Below, in pieces: positions 12,335-25,434 of a DNA stretch of 64,000 nucleotides (its first letter is position 1; every line of letters starts with the position of its first letter). Origin of the DNA: Octopus sinensis. Taxonomy: Eukaryota. The notes under the pieces are model-generated. The model saw nothing but the letters and a program-made list of their open reading frames with translations. It was not told where the DNA came from and made no database searches. The position numbers were made by a program, and so were the translations under genes. The stretch spans positions 176,142,001-176,206,000 of the forward strand of contig NC_042997.1 of the NCBI RefSeq assembly GCF_006345805.1, in the 5' to 3' direction.

Positions 12335-13551
12335 AGTCAAACTAAATAGTTTCATCAGAGATTCCCTGCCTCTATTTTCCAAGCTGCCAAATGTGTCAAG
12401 TAGCATAAACTACATCTAGAAATGTAAGCAAATTTATGAGAAGCATATTGAAATTTACATAATAGTATAAGGTTGGTGACCAGGCATTTAATAGTTAGTC
12501 TTAGGCATTTAATAACTGGAATACCAATATACATAATTATGTATATGGAGTCACATTCATGTTTTCAGTTGTTCTGTTAATCAATGAATTTTCCATCTTT
12601 CAAAAAATGTCCGTTCAATTTTTTTTCCTGATAGGAATAACAATCCATCGTTAAAAGATATATTTATAAAGTGAAGTATACACAAGTGCATAAATACATG
12701 TGTTTATAAATAGATTCACATTGTTGGTATATAGTTGAGATTTTAACAACTAATCCATGACAAATGGTGTGTAATTAATGAATAAGTGATGAAGGAAAAA
12801 AATCATGCTAATGGTAGTGCCAGTCTTGTATTAGCCGCTGTGTCAAAAGGTCACCACTGACATAGTGCACTACTAATAATAGGACACTGGTTTATGTCCA
12901 GTTTATTGCCAGGGCACTGTATCACTTGCAGAAATACTTGTTGACTCTGTTGTCCCTACTGTGATTAGGTACTTTATGTGTATGTATTGTAAGCAATGAT
13001 ATTGCTTTGTCTCAAGTTGATCCTGATCAAAGGTATTCCAGCTGATAGTGACCATCTACTATATCTAGGACTACATTATCTAAGGTGCCTTTTCTTTTTC
13101 TTTTTCGGTTTTTTTTTTTGGTTTTTTTTTTTGAGATGGAAAGAAATTAATATGCCATTTCTAGTAAGTTGAGCAACAATGTTGAGTTTTCCTCATAAAT
13201 GATGAAGCTGTTGTATAGCCTTGGATCATCTCATAACAAGCAGTCTTATAACATTGCAGCATGCAATAACCAAATTTTTATTCCAGTTATGCCATATCTC
13301 CACCTCTCTGATAACCATACAGTCCACTTCTCATATCTAGTGAGTAATCATATGGAGGTATGCTGTAAGTCTGGGTCTATTGTATTCTCTTTGCTGTCAC
13401 TTTGCTTCCGTATGCCCATAGATTCTGATGACACCCACAGTAGGGAGTAGTCAAGATAGATTCAGTCAAGGATGTTCTACATTTATTATTTGGTGGCATG
13501 TATCCCTGCAAAATTTTTAGAATCAGTGAGGCTATTGATGTGTATGTCCCT

Positions 13552-13782
13552 TATTTCTTTATTGCCCACAAGTTGCTAAATGTAGAGGGGACAAACAAGG
13601 ACAGACAAAGGGATTAAGTCGATTACATCAACCCCATTGCATAACTGGTACTTAATTTATCGACCCCGAAAGGATGAAAGGCAAAGTTGACCTCGGTGGC
13701 ATTTGAACTCAGTACCTAACGGCAGAAGAAATAGCACTAAGCATTTCGCCCGGTGTGCTAACGTTTCTGCCAGCTTGCCGCC
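13552..13782 (-). mobile_element. Meta-domain tRNA-derived SINE (family B)
   Basis: GGCGGCAAGCTGGCAGAAACGTTAGC head and Meta-like GAGGTCAACTTTGCCTTTCATCCTTTCGGGGTCGATAAATTAAGTACCAG on minus. TGATGTGTATGTCCCTTAT is duplicated on both sides. Confidence 0.85.
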
Positions 13783-13809
13783 TTGAATGATGTGTATGTC
13801 CCTTATGCC

Positions 13810-14895
13810 TGTCTACCCTGAGTAGTAAACAGAGTTTGTTGGATATATTGTTGTAATATTGCTCCAGGGTGTATTTGTATGTTGGTGCTTGGTGATTGGG
13901 TTGTTTTTTTTATCTTGTGGCTAAGACTGTCAAGGCTGAAGCTTACTATAGCAACAACTGGGCTGCCTGCATATGTTGAAGGTCTGGTATTTTTAATAAT
14001 GTTTCGTTGTGTAGAGGGTCTGTAGATGTGGCTAATGTACAACCCTCTATGATGCATAGTGAGTTGTTCTGTATTCTTTATTTTGTATGGTTGGAAGTGG
14101 AGAGATTAGGAAGAGCTGGCATGATCTATGAAGAATATATATTGTTTAAATATCATTGATGTTTCTTTCTGCTGTCCAAATGTGAGTGCTCTATGTTTGT
14201 GCATTTGTTCACTTTCTTTATTGTCTTCTGTGTTTTGTGAATATTTTACAGAGGAATTGTCTGTAACTCCCAGTAATTTTGTCTTCTGTATGTGAGATAT
14301 GTTTATAAATACCACAAGAACAGATGTGCATACAATCATGCATGCATATATGCATAGACTCACACACACGTGATGGCCTTCTACCAAATATCCGTCAACT
14401 TAACTTTATTGACAATGTATTGGTAAACTCAAATGCTATAGTAGAAGATACCTATCCAAGATGCTGCTTGGTGTGTTTGAACCCAAAACCATGTGGTTGC
14501 AAAGTGAACATTATAAATATTATTGGTTGGGTTTTGCAGTATTCCTAAATTGTATTTGGAGCACAGCATTGTGACATGTTGCTCATTTACTAGACAGAAA
14601 TAAATAACATTAAAAAATTACTGGCTGTCACATGTATGGAAAGAAAACATTTAAGAACCTATACACATCACAAAATATATGTGTAGAATGACTTTCTCAT
14701 AATATATATATACATAGGCGCAGGAGTGGCTGTGTGGTAAGTAGCTTCCTAACCAACAACATGGTTCCGGGTTCAGTCCCACTGCGTGGCATCTTCGGCA
14801 AGTGTCTTCTGCTATAGCCCCGGGCTGACCAATGCCTTGTGAGTGGATTTGGTAGACGGAAACTGAAAGAAGCCTGTCGTATATATGTATGTATC

Positions 14896-14932
<37 letters not shown>

Positions 14933-17090
14933 TTGTGTACCTGTGTTTGTCCCCCTAGCATTGCTTGACAACCGATGCTGGTGTGTTTATGTCCCCGTTA
15001 CTTAGTGGTTCGGCAAAAGAGACCGATAGAATAAGTACTGGGCTTACAAAGAATAAGTCCCGGGGTCGATTTGCTCGACTAAAGGCGGTGCTCCAGCATG
15101 GCTGCAGTCAAATGACTGAAACAAGTAAAAAAAAACAAAACATATTTTTTAAATATGTACAGAGAGGATCATACATTAGTTTCATAAACATGCATGTCCT
15201 GTGATTGAACCACAGAGCTTTTGGTAGCTTTGTATGTGCTGTATGTTTGTGCATTTGTTCACTTTCTTTATTGTCTTCTGTGTTTTGTGAATGGTTTACA
15301 GAGGAATTGTCTGTAACTTCCAGTAATTATGTCTTCTGTATGTGAGATATATTTGTTGTTGTTGAGTGTAATAATTGGTTATATTTGATGTTCTCTAGTG
15401 CTGCTGATAAGAATGAGACAATAGGTAACACTTTTAGTTTGTAATTTTGGAGCCAGGTTTGGAGGTGTTTGATGTAGCAATTGAGTGACTTTGCAGCTAT
15501 ATCTGGAGAACCATGGGGGGATGTCATCTACATATGAGGCTGTGTATATGTTAGGAAAACACATTAGTATAACTTGAAAAAAGTGGATAGAGGACAAATC
15601 CTGCAGTAACACAATTTGGGAAATTTGAAAGTTTTGGAAGTGAGGTCTTTGATATTTGGCTTAGTAATCTAACAGGTATTTTGCTAACAAACATGTTTGT
15701 TTGCTTCTTAAAGTGGTGTTATGTATTTTGTATATAAGTAGATAATAAGAATGAAGTTAAAAGTTTTGTTAATGTTTTTTGGAATTAGAATTGCATCAGA
15801 GAGGTCTTTTGATTTTATTTTTTTCTGTTGAAAATTTCATGGATATTTTCTGTGTTAGGTTCTTAAGTGTAGTGGTGGCCTGTGTTAAGTTTGTATTGTG
15901 GTGGTCTGCATCTGTGTTACATTTGGTGAGGCATGTATGCAGGTTAGTAATATCAAGCAATGAGCTTTTCTCAAATGTCTGAGGGTGTAATAGGAACATG
16001 ATGCTACATGAATTGCTGTTTAGGGATTTTAGTATTATGGTTTTGCCAACCTTCCACATTCTAAGAATTCGACATTTTGTATAAATTGTTGATCTTGGTT
16101 AAGTGCAGTGATTCCTTCAGGTCCTATGTGCTTTAGATGTATGTCTGATTTCCGTAAAACCCTGAAACTTCAGAGTTTTTCAATTTCTATATTACTTTTC
16201 GGTGTTTGATGGAAGGCAAAGGTCAAGATCGTAGCTGAGCTGGAAGATACATTTTCCTTCCTTTCATATTCCTCTTTGTATGGTATTTGTCTCAAAGCAT
16301 TTGCTTGTTATTGAAGTATTGCTGTATTATTCAAGGTAATTATTGTAATCTGATCACAGTAGTTGTATAGTTGTTGATGTTGCAAATTTATCTACAGCAT
16401 TTTACTATTTTGTGATTTGTTGGATACAAATGTTAACCAGTTTTCTGTTTTTTCTATGGTATATTTCTTTATTTAGTCATTTGATGATGAATTTTATTCC
16501 TATTGTGTGTGGTGTTGGTGCATTGTGTTTGAGATTGTCTTTAGTTTTAATCAGGATGGCTATTTATGTTTGAGTAATTGGGGTTCTATTTTTTATGCTG
16601 CCTTGTTTTTAAAAAAAAATTTTTTTTTTTATACGAGTGTCTATAATTAATTTGTTGAATGTATGTACTGCAGTCTCTGTGTTGGTGATTCTGTTTTTAT
16701 ATTCCACGAATCTTAATCCAGTTTGCTGGTGGAACTGGTTTTACTGTGCATTTTTGTTTCCAAAGTTTGTAAAAGTGTTTTTGCTTTTTATTATTGATGC
16801 GTGACTGTATTGTGATGGCAATGGATAAATGAACAGAGGAGAGTTTGGATCTTTTTGGCATGTGGTTGTAGAAGAAGGTGATGCTTAAGGAAAGAGTTAT
16901 TGTTGTTGGCTTCACGAGGTGTGTGGGGGTGTTGAAGTTGTTTAGGATGTAAAGAGGGTCTAATTCTACTGCTACTGCTTTACCTCTTGCAGTACCAGTT
17001 TTTTTTCTGGAAGCCAGAATGTGTTGTACATGATATTTCTTCCAACTTTGATGTTTTATGTATTAATGTTATAGGTTCATTGGGATTGTT
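13810..17090 (-). mobile_element. Degraded Jockey/I-group LINE ORF2 (RT), interrupted at 14305-15238
   Basis: Minus frames give SKA..GPEGITAL, RMWKVGKTIILK, TTTLKNLTQKI, catalytic YVDDI (~15530), LQTWLQNYKLKV and KTKLLGVT. Confidence 0.8.
14717..15139 (+). mobile_element. Family A SINE, full length, inserted into the duplicated block
   Basis: GGCGCAGGAGTGGCTGTGTGGTAAG head to GAAACAAGTAAAAAAAAAC tail; ACATA on both sides; the empty site is at ~12235-12245. Confidence 0.92.
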
Positions 17091-20000
17091 TGTTTAGATC
17101 AGTGGCAGCATATTCTTTTATTCTTGTACTTGTTTTAGTCACTGGACTCTGGTAATGTTGCAGCACTGTTTTGAAGGGTTTAGTCAAACAAATTGAACCC
17201 TACAAATTTGTTCAATTAAACCCTTCAAAGTGGTGCCGCAGTATTTAAATCTGGTATTTACTCTCTGATCTCTTTTTGCTGAACTGCTTAGTAGCATTTC
17301 TTCTAGATTTACATTCCGAGTTGAAATTTGTAGTGAGGCACAAGAAGCCATTTTGTATGAGATCTCACTGGTAGCCATTACCATGTTTGAGACAGGAGCA
17401 AGATCTTGCCTGCAACCATTTGCCATGCGTGAGACAATAGCAAGACTCTCGTCAGCAACAACAATTTAAGCAGGAGAATTAAGACATTCTTTCTCTTTCT
17501 TCCTTCTCACTTACGCTGAGAAACACTGCAAAGCTGGCAGCTCACAGAAGACTCTTATCCTGCTCTAACTTCACCTGTCTCCAGAGCTAATGAACCTCAC
17601 ATGAACGGAGTATAACGAACCATGTGCTGCCATAAAGATGGCACTGGGAGCAAGCCACATGAATGACTATCTAATTGCACTCCGCTTGTAAACTTCTTCA
17701 TGTTCCAGATCCTTAAGACTACAGAAATAATTGTAATGGGAGAAGAAGATACTCCACAGATATCACAAGCCTTCAATTCCATTATAAATTCATCTAAGGT
17801 TGACATCATCTTTCTTCCTTTCAGAGTTCATAAAATAAGTGGGCTCAATGTAATCAACTAACCCCTCCTTACAAATTTCAGGCTTTGTGCCTTTAGCAGA
17901 AAAGTTTATATTTTGAAAAACATACATTTCTTAGTGGAAAAATACTTCACCATGACAAACCTACATCATTCAACTCAATGTAACCATCTCATTTTTTCTG
18001 AAATATATTCAGGATTAATTTAAATTGCAGAGTAAGAATGAAGATTTGGCTGCCAATTATAATAGTCTGAGTAACTTCTTAGAAGTTCTTTTGCATTTGA
18101 ATCCAGCACAGGCTTGTGCTTGTTTCAAATGTTCCTGTGAATATAGACCTGCAGTAGTCTCAATTGTGGCAGTTGGTATATTGTAACATCTGGTATAAAT
18201 GGTAGAGATCAAATAAATAGTATAACAACACAAAGTTAACTAAATATAATTGTTTCCCCGCAATACATTGCAATAGCAGCTATAATAAGATGGCAGGGAC
18301 CAACACATACTCACTCCTTCATAGTTTTCATATGCAACCTTCAAATAAAGTGATTGTTACATAGCAAAAGTTTTACCTTTGAATCCCCTGCCTTGCTGAC
18401 AAATTATGTCAAATGTGGAAGATGTTCATTATGCATAACACTACACAGTATGTGATATGATCCATTCTGTTTATATAAATTTATTTAGTCCTGATATGAA
18501 GATTGCATTGGATAATAAGAACGTGTGATTAGCTTTTGAACTTCATTTCACCTCATCCTCATCAAAGAAGTGTAGAACTGAAACATGTCCAAAGTTGTCT
18601 CCCTTACAAGCTGAACACATGAATATATTAGTCATTGACTGATAGTGTTTTCTTTTCCCCTCACTTCATATTGATTTCTAGTTAGCTGTCAGATATTCCT
18701 TGTATCAGATGCCAATAATACTTGAGTATTGTGATAGGTGAATAAATAATACTTACCTATCACAATATAACTGCGTTAGTTTTTAAAGTGGAAGGAAATT
18801 GTCCAAGGCTCCTGGCGGCAGAAAGAGTTGGATAAATGAGAATTGAGACCATTTATCTTAAACTTTAAAGTTTTAGAAATGATAAAAAATCCTCTCATTT
18901 TTAAAGTGTTAATATTTAAGAAAAAAAAACATTCATCCATAACAATATTATATATGGCCTTTTGTTGTGTTTCAAACACACAGTTTAATAAGGGAAAAGG
19001 TTGTTTTACTTAATCTTGCACAAGTCTTGATTACTTTTCAATTGTAACTCATATGTGATATATTTTATTAGAAATATGTCCCAGAAGAATTAAAGACAGT
19101 AGCCCCATGTCACATAGTCTTTTCGCTTTATTTTTTCTGAAATTTTCTATGCTAGTAGATCTTTATTGTTTTTTTTCTATTAGATCTTGATAGTAGAAGT
19201 ATCAGGTCATACTGTTCTATGTATGTACTGTTGTGCCTGTGTACACACTCACTCTCTCTGTCTCCTATATTGGGTGCCAGGCACTGGATAAGTTCAAAGC
19301 TAACCAATGTTAGCTTTGATTTTTCATTTTTTTTTAAGTCAATAAAATAAGTATGTGTAATATACATCACTGTAGTTCAATCAACTATACTTCTTCCTGT
19401 TACATGTGCAAGCGTTCGTGTATAGTCATATGCACACATGGATACACAAGTTCACACTCATACATGCACTTGAATAAGCAGCTGCACACACTTTTACACA
19501 CGTGCACATACTCTCACACATCAACACACACACTCACTCATGCATGCTCTTTTCCACTCATGTATACTTGCACTCTCTCATATACACTTGTAATCACTCA
19601 TGCACACCATCTCTGATGTACACTCATACACTTTCTCTTATATGCACTCTCTCCCTCTCTCATGCATGCTCACATCCTCTTGCTCTCTGTCTGTCTCTCC
19701 CTCTCTCACATACACACAATCACATACACACAAGAATGTTGATCGTACTATTTCTATAAACCAATAATACACATAAGCTACAAAAAAAAAGTTCATTTAT
19801 CTGTCTAATGTAAGATGTGTTGAAGTGGTTTTAAAAGCATCCACTTCAAATGATGCACAACTACTGTCTGTGATCATATTAGCATCAAAAACCATTTACT
19901 AACACGCACGGCAGCACTATAAATATCTTGGTAAACTTATGTGATGCTGTATACTTTGTCTTTGAGTGCTTTTACATGGTTTTCTTTCATACCATGAAAA

Positions 20001-20394
20001 CATTATTGTCTCTAAGTCAGTAATAGAAATTGTAACCTATTTCATATTTATTGATGCTTAAAGAGTAACATATTTTCACCCATCGTCTTGAATGATGCCA
20101 CACCTAGAATAGAGATAGACCAAAAAAAGAATTGAACAAAATGGTAATGGTGTTGTTTAGCTGCAAGTTAGTCCTAATTGAGCAGACTTATGATTGAAGG
20201 CATACCAGCTGTGATTATCTTGTCTTGTTTTGATAAGTACATTGAACCCACAGCCAATGGTGTCATTCTTTTTGAGTTACTCAGCACATACTTCATTTTG
20301 AAGAAGATAGCAGGATGTGACTTGAGGGAGGTTTAGCTGCTATTTCTAGCAGGTCTAGTGACCACAAATAAGCACATGCCCGTGTGTGTGTGTG

Positions 20395-20775
20395 CAGGTG
20401 TGGCTATGGGGCTGAGAAGCTGGCTTTCTTACTATGTTGTTTTGGTTGCAGTCTCACTGTGTGGTACTTTGAGCAAGTGCCTTCTATCACAACCCTGGGC
20501 CAACCAAAGTGCATGTATGTGTGCATGCATGCACACTTAATCTTCACAAACATCATGTGATAGTTGTAAACGAGAATCATCATCATACACATGAGTTTGT
20601 TTGTTTCTAGTCTTCTGTAAAGAACATGTTTAGCTATGGGAAAATATTGCCTTGCTTGGAAACAGGTGAGGGTTGATGGCAGGAAAGGTACATGACCATA
20701 GAAAATCTGCCTCGACAAATTCTGTCAGACCCATTGAAGCATGGAAACATGGACATTACATTATGATGATGGTAT
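20395..20775 (+). mobile_element. SINE with family-A-like head and RTE-like (GAT)n tail
   Basis: Shares GGAAACAGGTGAGGGTTG..GACAGGAAGGGCATCC..AGAAAATCTGCCTC with 22330-22565, 27560-27700 and 30720-30950. Confidence 0.7.
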
Positions 20776-21329
20776 AGTGTAACATTGAGCAAAGAATGTA
20801 ACTGTTTGGTTTCAATCTGCCTGACTAAAAACTGGTTTTGGTCTTAGGTGATGAGTCAATGCTTTAATTGTATTAAGTGTATATTAAACTGTAATTGTTC
20901 TATTAATATGCATGTTTGAATTTTCAAATATCTTAATCATGCTAGCTTAATGAGACTGGTTGTAGAATAACAAAAAATAGATATTTCTATTTCTAGTATA
21001 GGCAACAAATATTTAGGGAGGTGTCCTCATCATCATCTTTATCATTTAATATCTGTTTTCCATGCTGGAATGAGTTGGATGGTTTGACAGGATCCCATGT
21101 GTTGCAGGGCTGCATCAAGCTCCAGCGTCTATTTTGGCATAGTTTCTATGGCTGGATGCCCTTTTCTAACACCAACCACTTTACAGTGTGAACTGGGTAC
21201 CATTTTTCATGCAGCCAGCACCAGTGAGGTTGCCAAGTAATTTGCACGACACAAAATGAACGGGGAAAAGAGTAAAAGAAACTAAGTGGGAGGAGTATTT
21301 GGGAGGGAGGGGTGGTATGATAGAGGGAC

Positions 21330-21960
21330 AAGCACAGGTGTCATGCTATAAGACCTTTGTCAGCCACTCTCCAACTATCTATTTAAAGCTGTATAAGGCT
21401 ATGCATCACCAGTCTGGAACCTCTATCTCACTCAACATATCAATTCCTGGAAACTGTTGAGAAACATACAATCAGATGAAGACCCGCTGTCAGGCATCTA
21501 CCATACACTGAATATCTTGCTTCTTTGGGCATGGACACATTAAAGCTCTGATATCTGACAACTGACTTAGTAGACACCCACAAGATTATCCACCATCTGT
21601 CCAACAACAACCTTGGACACCTTTTTTAATTCTATATGTTTAACACTCATTGACATGCTTACAAAATCAAAATACAACACAGCACCCATGACTTTCAGAA
21701 ACATTTTTTTCGTGCTCAGAATTGCTGAAGTATGGAATAATCTACCAGCATCAGTAGTTGGCTATTGAGACATTATAACCTTCAAAACTTCTAAGCTTCC
21801 TGAAATTTGGCAGTGCACTTGATGTCCCGCCACTCTTGTTTTTTTGACAATTCATTCATTGTTCACTTCCTGTGCATTATGATGCACTTTTGGCTACTTT
21901 TTCTGATAAGTTAGAGTGCACCTGAGCACTGTATACAATGAGTTCATTATTGTGTTGGAG
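21330..21960 (+). mobile_element. Degraded CR1-type LINE 3' end
   Basis: Broken frames give LKLYKAM, LPYTEYLASLGMDTLKL, DLVDTHKII and RKHFF..RIAEVWNNLPASVV, typical of the CR1 ORF2 C-terminus. Confidence 0.75.
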
Positions 21961-22565
21961 GTAATAACAGAGGTGATACATGGCTGTCTCCCATTATATC
22001 AGTGGATGAAAGATATAGGAAAGGGCAAGTGGAGAGCAATTAAAGTAAACCCAGTACTTGATTCGTATTTATTTTATTGGGCCCATCCCCCCAAGAGATG
22101 AAAGACAAAATATAATTTACTTAGAAATTAACAAATGCATATGTTTTGGATATTTGTCAAAACAGGTGTTAGATTTCCTTTTAACTGTAGTAAATCATCA
22201 ACCAGGTATATAGTAATGTGTGTGTCTGTGTGTGTATACATGTTTATATTTATGTATGCAGCTTATGTGTTTGTACAAACATGTGTATGTATGCATGCAT
22301 ATATGTATGCACATGCGTGTGTTTGTAAGTACCCTTATCTTGACTTCATGGTTGTACACAAGCATCATTGTCATACAAGTGATGTTGTTAATTTCCAGGC
22401 TTCTGTGAAAAGACATGTCTGACCATCAAGAAATATTATCTTGCTTGGAAACTGGAGAAACTTGGTGACAGGAAGGGCATCCAACTGTAGAAAATCTGCC
22501 TCAACAAATTCCATCTGACCCATGCAGGGATAAAAAGTGGATATTAAATGACAATGATGATGATG

Positions 22566-22870
22566 ATCATCATCATCATCATTTAGCGTCCACTTTCCAT
22601 GCTAGCATGGGTTGGATGATTTGATTGAGGACTGGCGAACCAGATGGCTGCACCAGGCTCCAATCTGATCTGGCAGAGTTTCTACAGCTGGATGCCCTTC
22701 CTAACGCCAACCACTCTGAGAATGTAGTGGGTGCTTTTAGGTTCCACTGGCACGAGGGCCAGTCTGGCAATACTGGCAACAGCCACGCTCAAATGGTATT
22801 TTTTACGTGCCACCTGCACAGGAGCCACTCCAACTGCACTGGCAACGACCTCGCTTGAATGTTTTCTTTG
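22566..22870 (-). mobile_element. RTE LINE 3' end joined tail-to-tail to a + strand SINE tail
   Basis: GATGATGATGATCATCATCATCATC junction at ~22555-22582. Confidence 0.8.
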
Positions 22871-23565
22871 TGGTGATATTATAATTCACATCATTCTACA
22901 AATGTCATATTCAAAAGGACTCTGCGTATTCACATATCTTTCTCAATATATACTTGTCACCCTTTAAACCATTTTCCCCTGTGTTCACATAACATATTAC
23001 ATGCAACATGAGTATGAACTGTGTATGTAAATCCATGCAAAAGCAGAATACTCTCTCACTTCAAACTTGTGGTGTGTTTGTAGTCTCTGGTCATCTTGTC
23101 TGTTTTCACTTTGTCGCTAGTTTAATGACTTCAAACATTTAGAAAGTGGCATTCATGTTACACAAGCGTTTGATGTGCGGATATCTTCTGCAGTCTTGTA
23201 CAAATGAGCCATTTATATATATTTGATGCACTTTTGTGTATATTACATGTGTCGATGTGAATTGTTGTGTACATTACTTTGAACTGCTATTTTGATACTA
23301 CTTTGAGCTATTGTATATTAATAAATAATCCCACTCTATAGACCAGCACAACAAAATAAACTACTGGTGAGAAAATGCCGAAATAAGCATTTGTATGTAT
23401 GCAAATACAATTACTACATTTGTTGCCTTCTCTGACAACATATACATGTATTTATAAATATTTAACCTTACAACGTATACATTATCATCAACGTTTAATG
23501 TCCATCTTCTATGCTAGCATGGGTGGGACTCATCATCACCGTTTGTATATATAAATTTGTGAGAG

Positions 23566-23726
23566 GCAATATTTATCCCAACTTAAACATGGATGGTCTG
23601 TTGGAACAAACTATACTGTGGTAGATGCCACAAGAGAAGTGCATTTTGCACCAATTGCCAATTTGTAAGTTTCTGTCATGGTATCTGCTGCAATATAGTT
23701 TGTTCTAACAGAACATCCATGTTTAA
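23566..23726. mobile_element. Fold-back (MITE-like) element; a partial second copy lies at 25174-25272
   Basis: Arms 23583-23638 and 23670-23726 are imperfect inverted repeats around a GTGCATTTTGCACC spacer. Confidence 0.75.
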
Positions 23727-23728
23727 AT

Positions 23729-24103
23729 TCTTTTATTCTTTTACTTGTTTCAGTCATTTGACTGTGGCCATGCTGGGGCACTGCCTTTAATTGAACAAAT
23801 TGGCCCCCAGGACTTATTCTTTGTAAGCCTAGTACTTTTTCTATTGGTCTCTTTTGCCGAACTGCTAAATTACGGAGATGTAAGCACACCAACATCAGCC
23901 AAGTGATGGTGGTGGGGGGACAAACACAGACACATATATATGACAGGCTTCTTTCAGTTTCCATCTACCAAATCCACTCACAAGACTTTGGTCAGCCCAA
24001 GGCTATAGTAGAAGACACTTGCCCAAGGTTCCACGCAGTGGGACTGAATCTGGAACCATGTGGCTGGGAAGCAAGCTTCTTACCACACAGCCACTCCTGC
24101 TCC
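23729..24103 (-). mobile_element. Family A SINE, near full length
   Basis: Reverse complement of 14717-15139. Confidence 0.88.
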
Positions 24104-24125
24104 TATAAATGGGGCTAAATATTAA

Positions 24126-24973
24126 CCCCTTATTGGATCAATTATTTTGACATGGCGTTTCATTTCAGAGCATATTTTTTAATTTCCTTTTTTAATTATA
24201 TACACTGTGTTAATTACAAAAAAAAAGTTTTTTATCTTGTTTCCTTTATGTTTTATTATAGAAATTAAAATGTACTTTTACTCATTTGGATTTAAACAAG
24301 TTAACTCGGGCATTGAAAAAATACATATATATTAACTATCTTCAATTTTTTTATAAAATGTATTGCTTTTAAATCAAAGGGAAATTTTTTTTAAATGAGA
24401 TAGTTTATATAGAATGATAATTTTTAAAACAAGGAGTTACTCACAAAGTTATCTTGTAGACATCACACATGTATCTGCTTTCTCTTTGAATCTTCTTTCC
24501 TTTAGCGTCTCTCTTCTCTGCACATTTTGCACACTGTCTTGTAGGGTTCTTTTTCTTATCACTTGATGGTATTTCCATGGGAAAGTAACCAGCTGGGGCA
24601 AATCTTGTTGGTTGTGGGATCAATGATGGTCTTCCTGGTTTCGTTGGAGGCAATAAGGGTCTATATTTTTCAATAACCTTGGTGATTATTTGCATTCTAA
24701 ATTTCAGTGCTTTCATAGCAGAAGCTGAAGTTTCCAAAGATGCTTTATGCAAAACATAAGCATTCTAGATAGCTAAATCCATCAAATGAAAAAATACTTA
24801 TTTTTTTCAACAACGAGAGTAAATTCATGATTGCTCAAAAATGAAACGACACAAAACAAATAAACTCATTTGAGTGCTAAAATTAAAAGTTAATTTTGAC
24901 TTATTATACTCATCTGGTTCTAAAAAGATACATTTGCGATGCACGAGTAAACTCGGGATAATCCATTAAGGGG
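24126..24973 (-). mobile_element. Internally deleted piggyBac retaining the transposase C-terminus
   Basis: TTAA at 24122-25 and 24974-77; TIRs CCCCTTA(T/A)TGGAT. ORF 24441-24752 has KKKNPTRQCAKC...GKKIQRESRYMC (PGBD4-like cysteine-rich C-terminus). Confidence 0.92.
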
Positions 24974-25343
24974 TTAACTCTCAGTATATTGCTAATATAT
25001 ATTTTTTAACACAACACCAACACCTATTCTGGCACTGTTTTTATATATATTGCTATCTTTTGTGGTCGAACATCCATCATTGACATGACCAAGGAAGGTT
25101 GAAATCATGTGATCTGGTGGTTTCAGCATTGGAGGTGGCAGGGTTTATCTCCATACTAGCAATATAAACAAGAGTGCATTTTGCACCAAAAAGCCAATAT
25201 GAAAGTTTCTCTCGTGGTATCTACCACAGTATAGTTTGTTCTAACAGAACATCTGTTTGAGATAAATATTACTTCTTGGTATTATTACTGTCTCTGTCAC
25301 AAACATATATATATATAAATTTGTGTTTGCTTTTCTTTTTCAG

Positions 25344-25434
25344 TTTCTACATCAATCACAATACCAAGAAGACTCAGTGGGAACCTCCACAATGGGAGAC
25401 AGCAGATTCTACCACACACCAATCTGCTTCAACA
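25344..25434 (+). CDS. Internal coding exon, C-terminal half of a WW domain (phase 2 to 0): x-FYINHNTKKTQWEPPQWETADSTTHQSAST
   Basis: Pyrimidine tract TTTGCTTTTCTTTTTCAG| and donor |GTGAGT. The 91 nt are open. FYINHNTKKTQWEPP matches the WW pattern (F/Y)(Y/F)xNHxT+xTxWxxP. Confidence 0.9.

Noticed and set aside
17900-18770. Possible very old hAT-like transposase on minus
   Set aside because: Only vague motif resemblance across many stops and frameshifts; no TIR or TSD.
23160-23200. Second hammerhead-like string on minus (CTGCAGA-A-GAT..ATC-AAAC)
   Set aside because: Two core positions are wrong, stem II is only 3 bp and there is no clean stem I.
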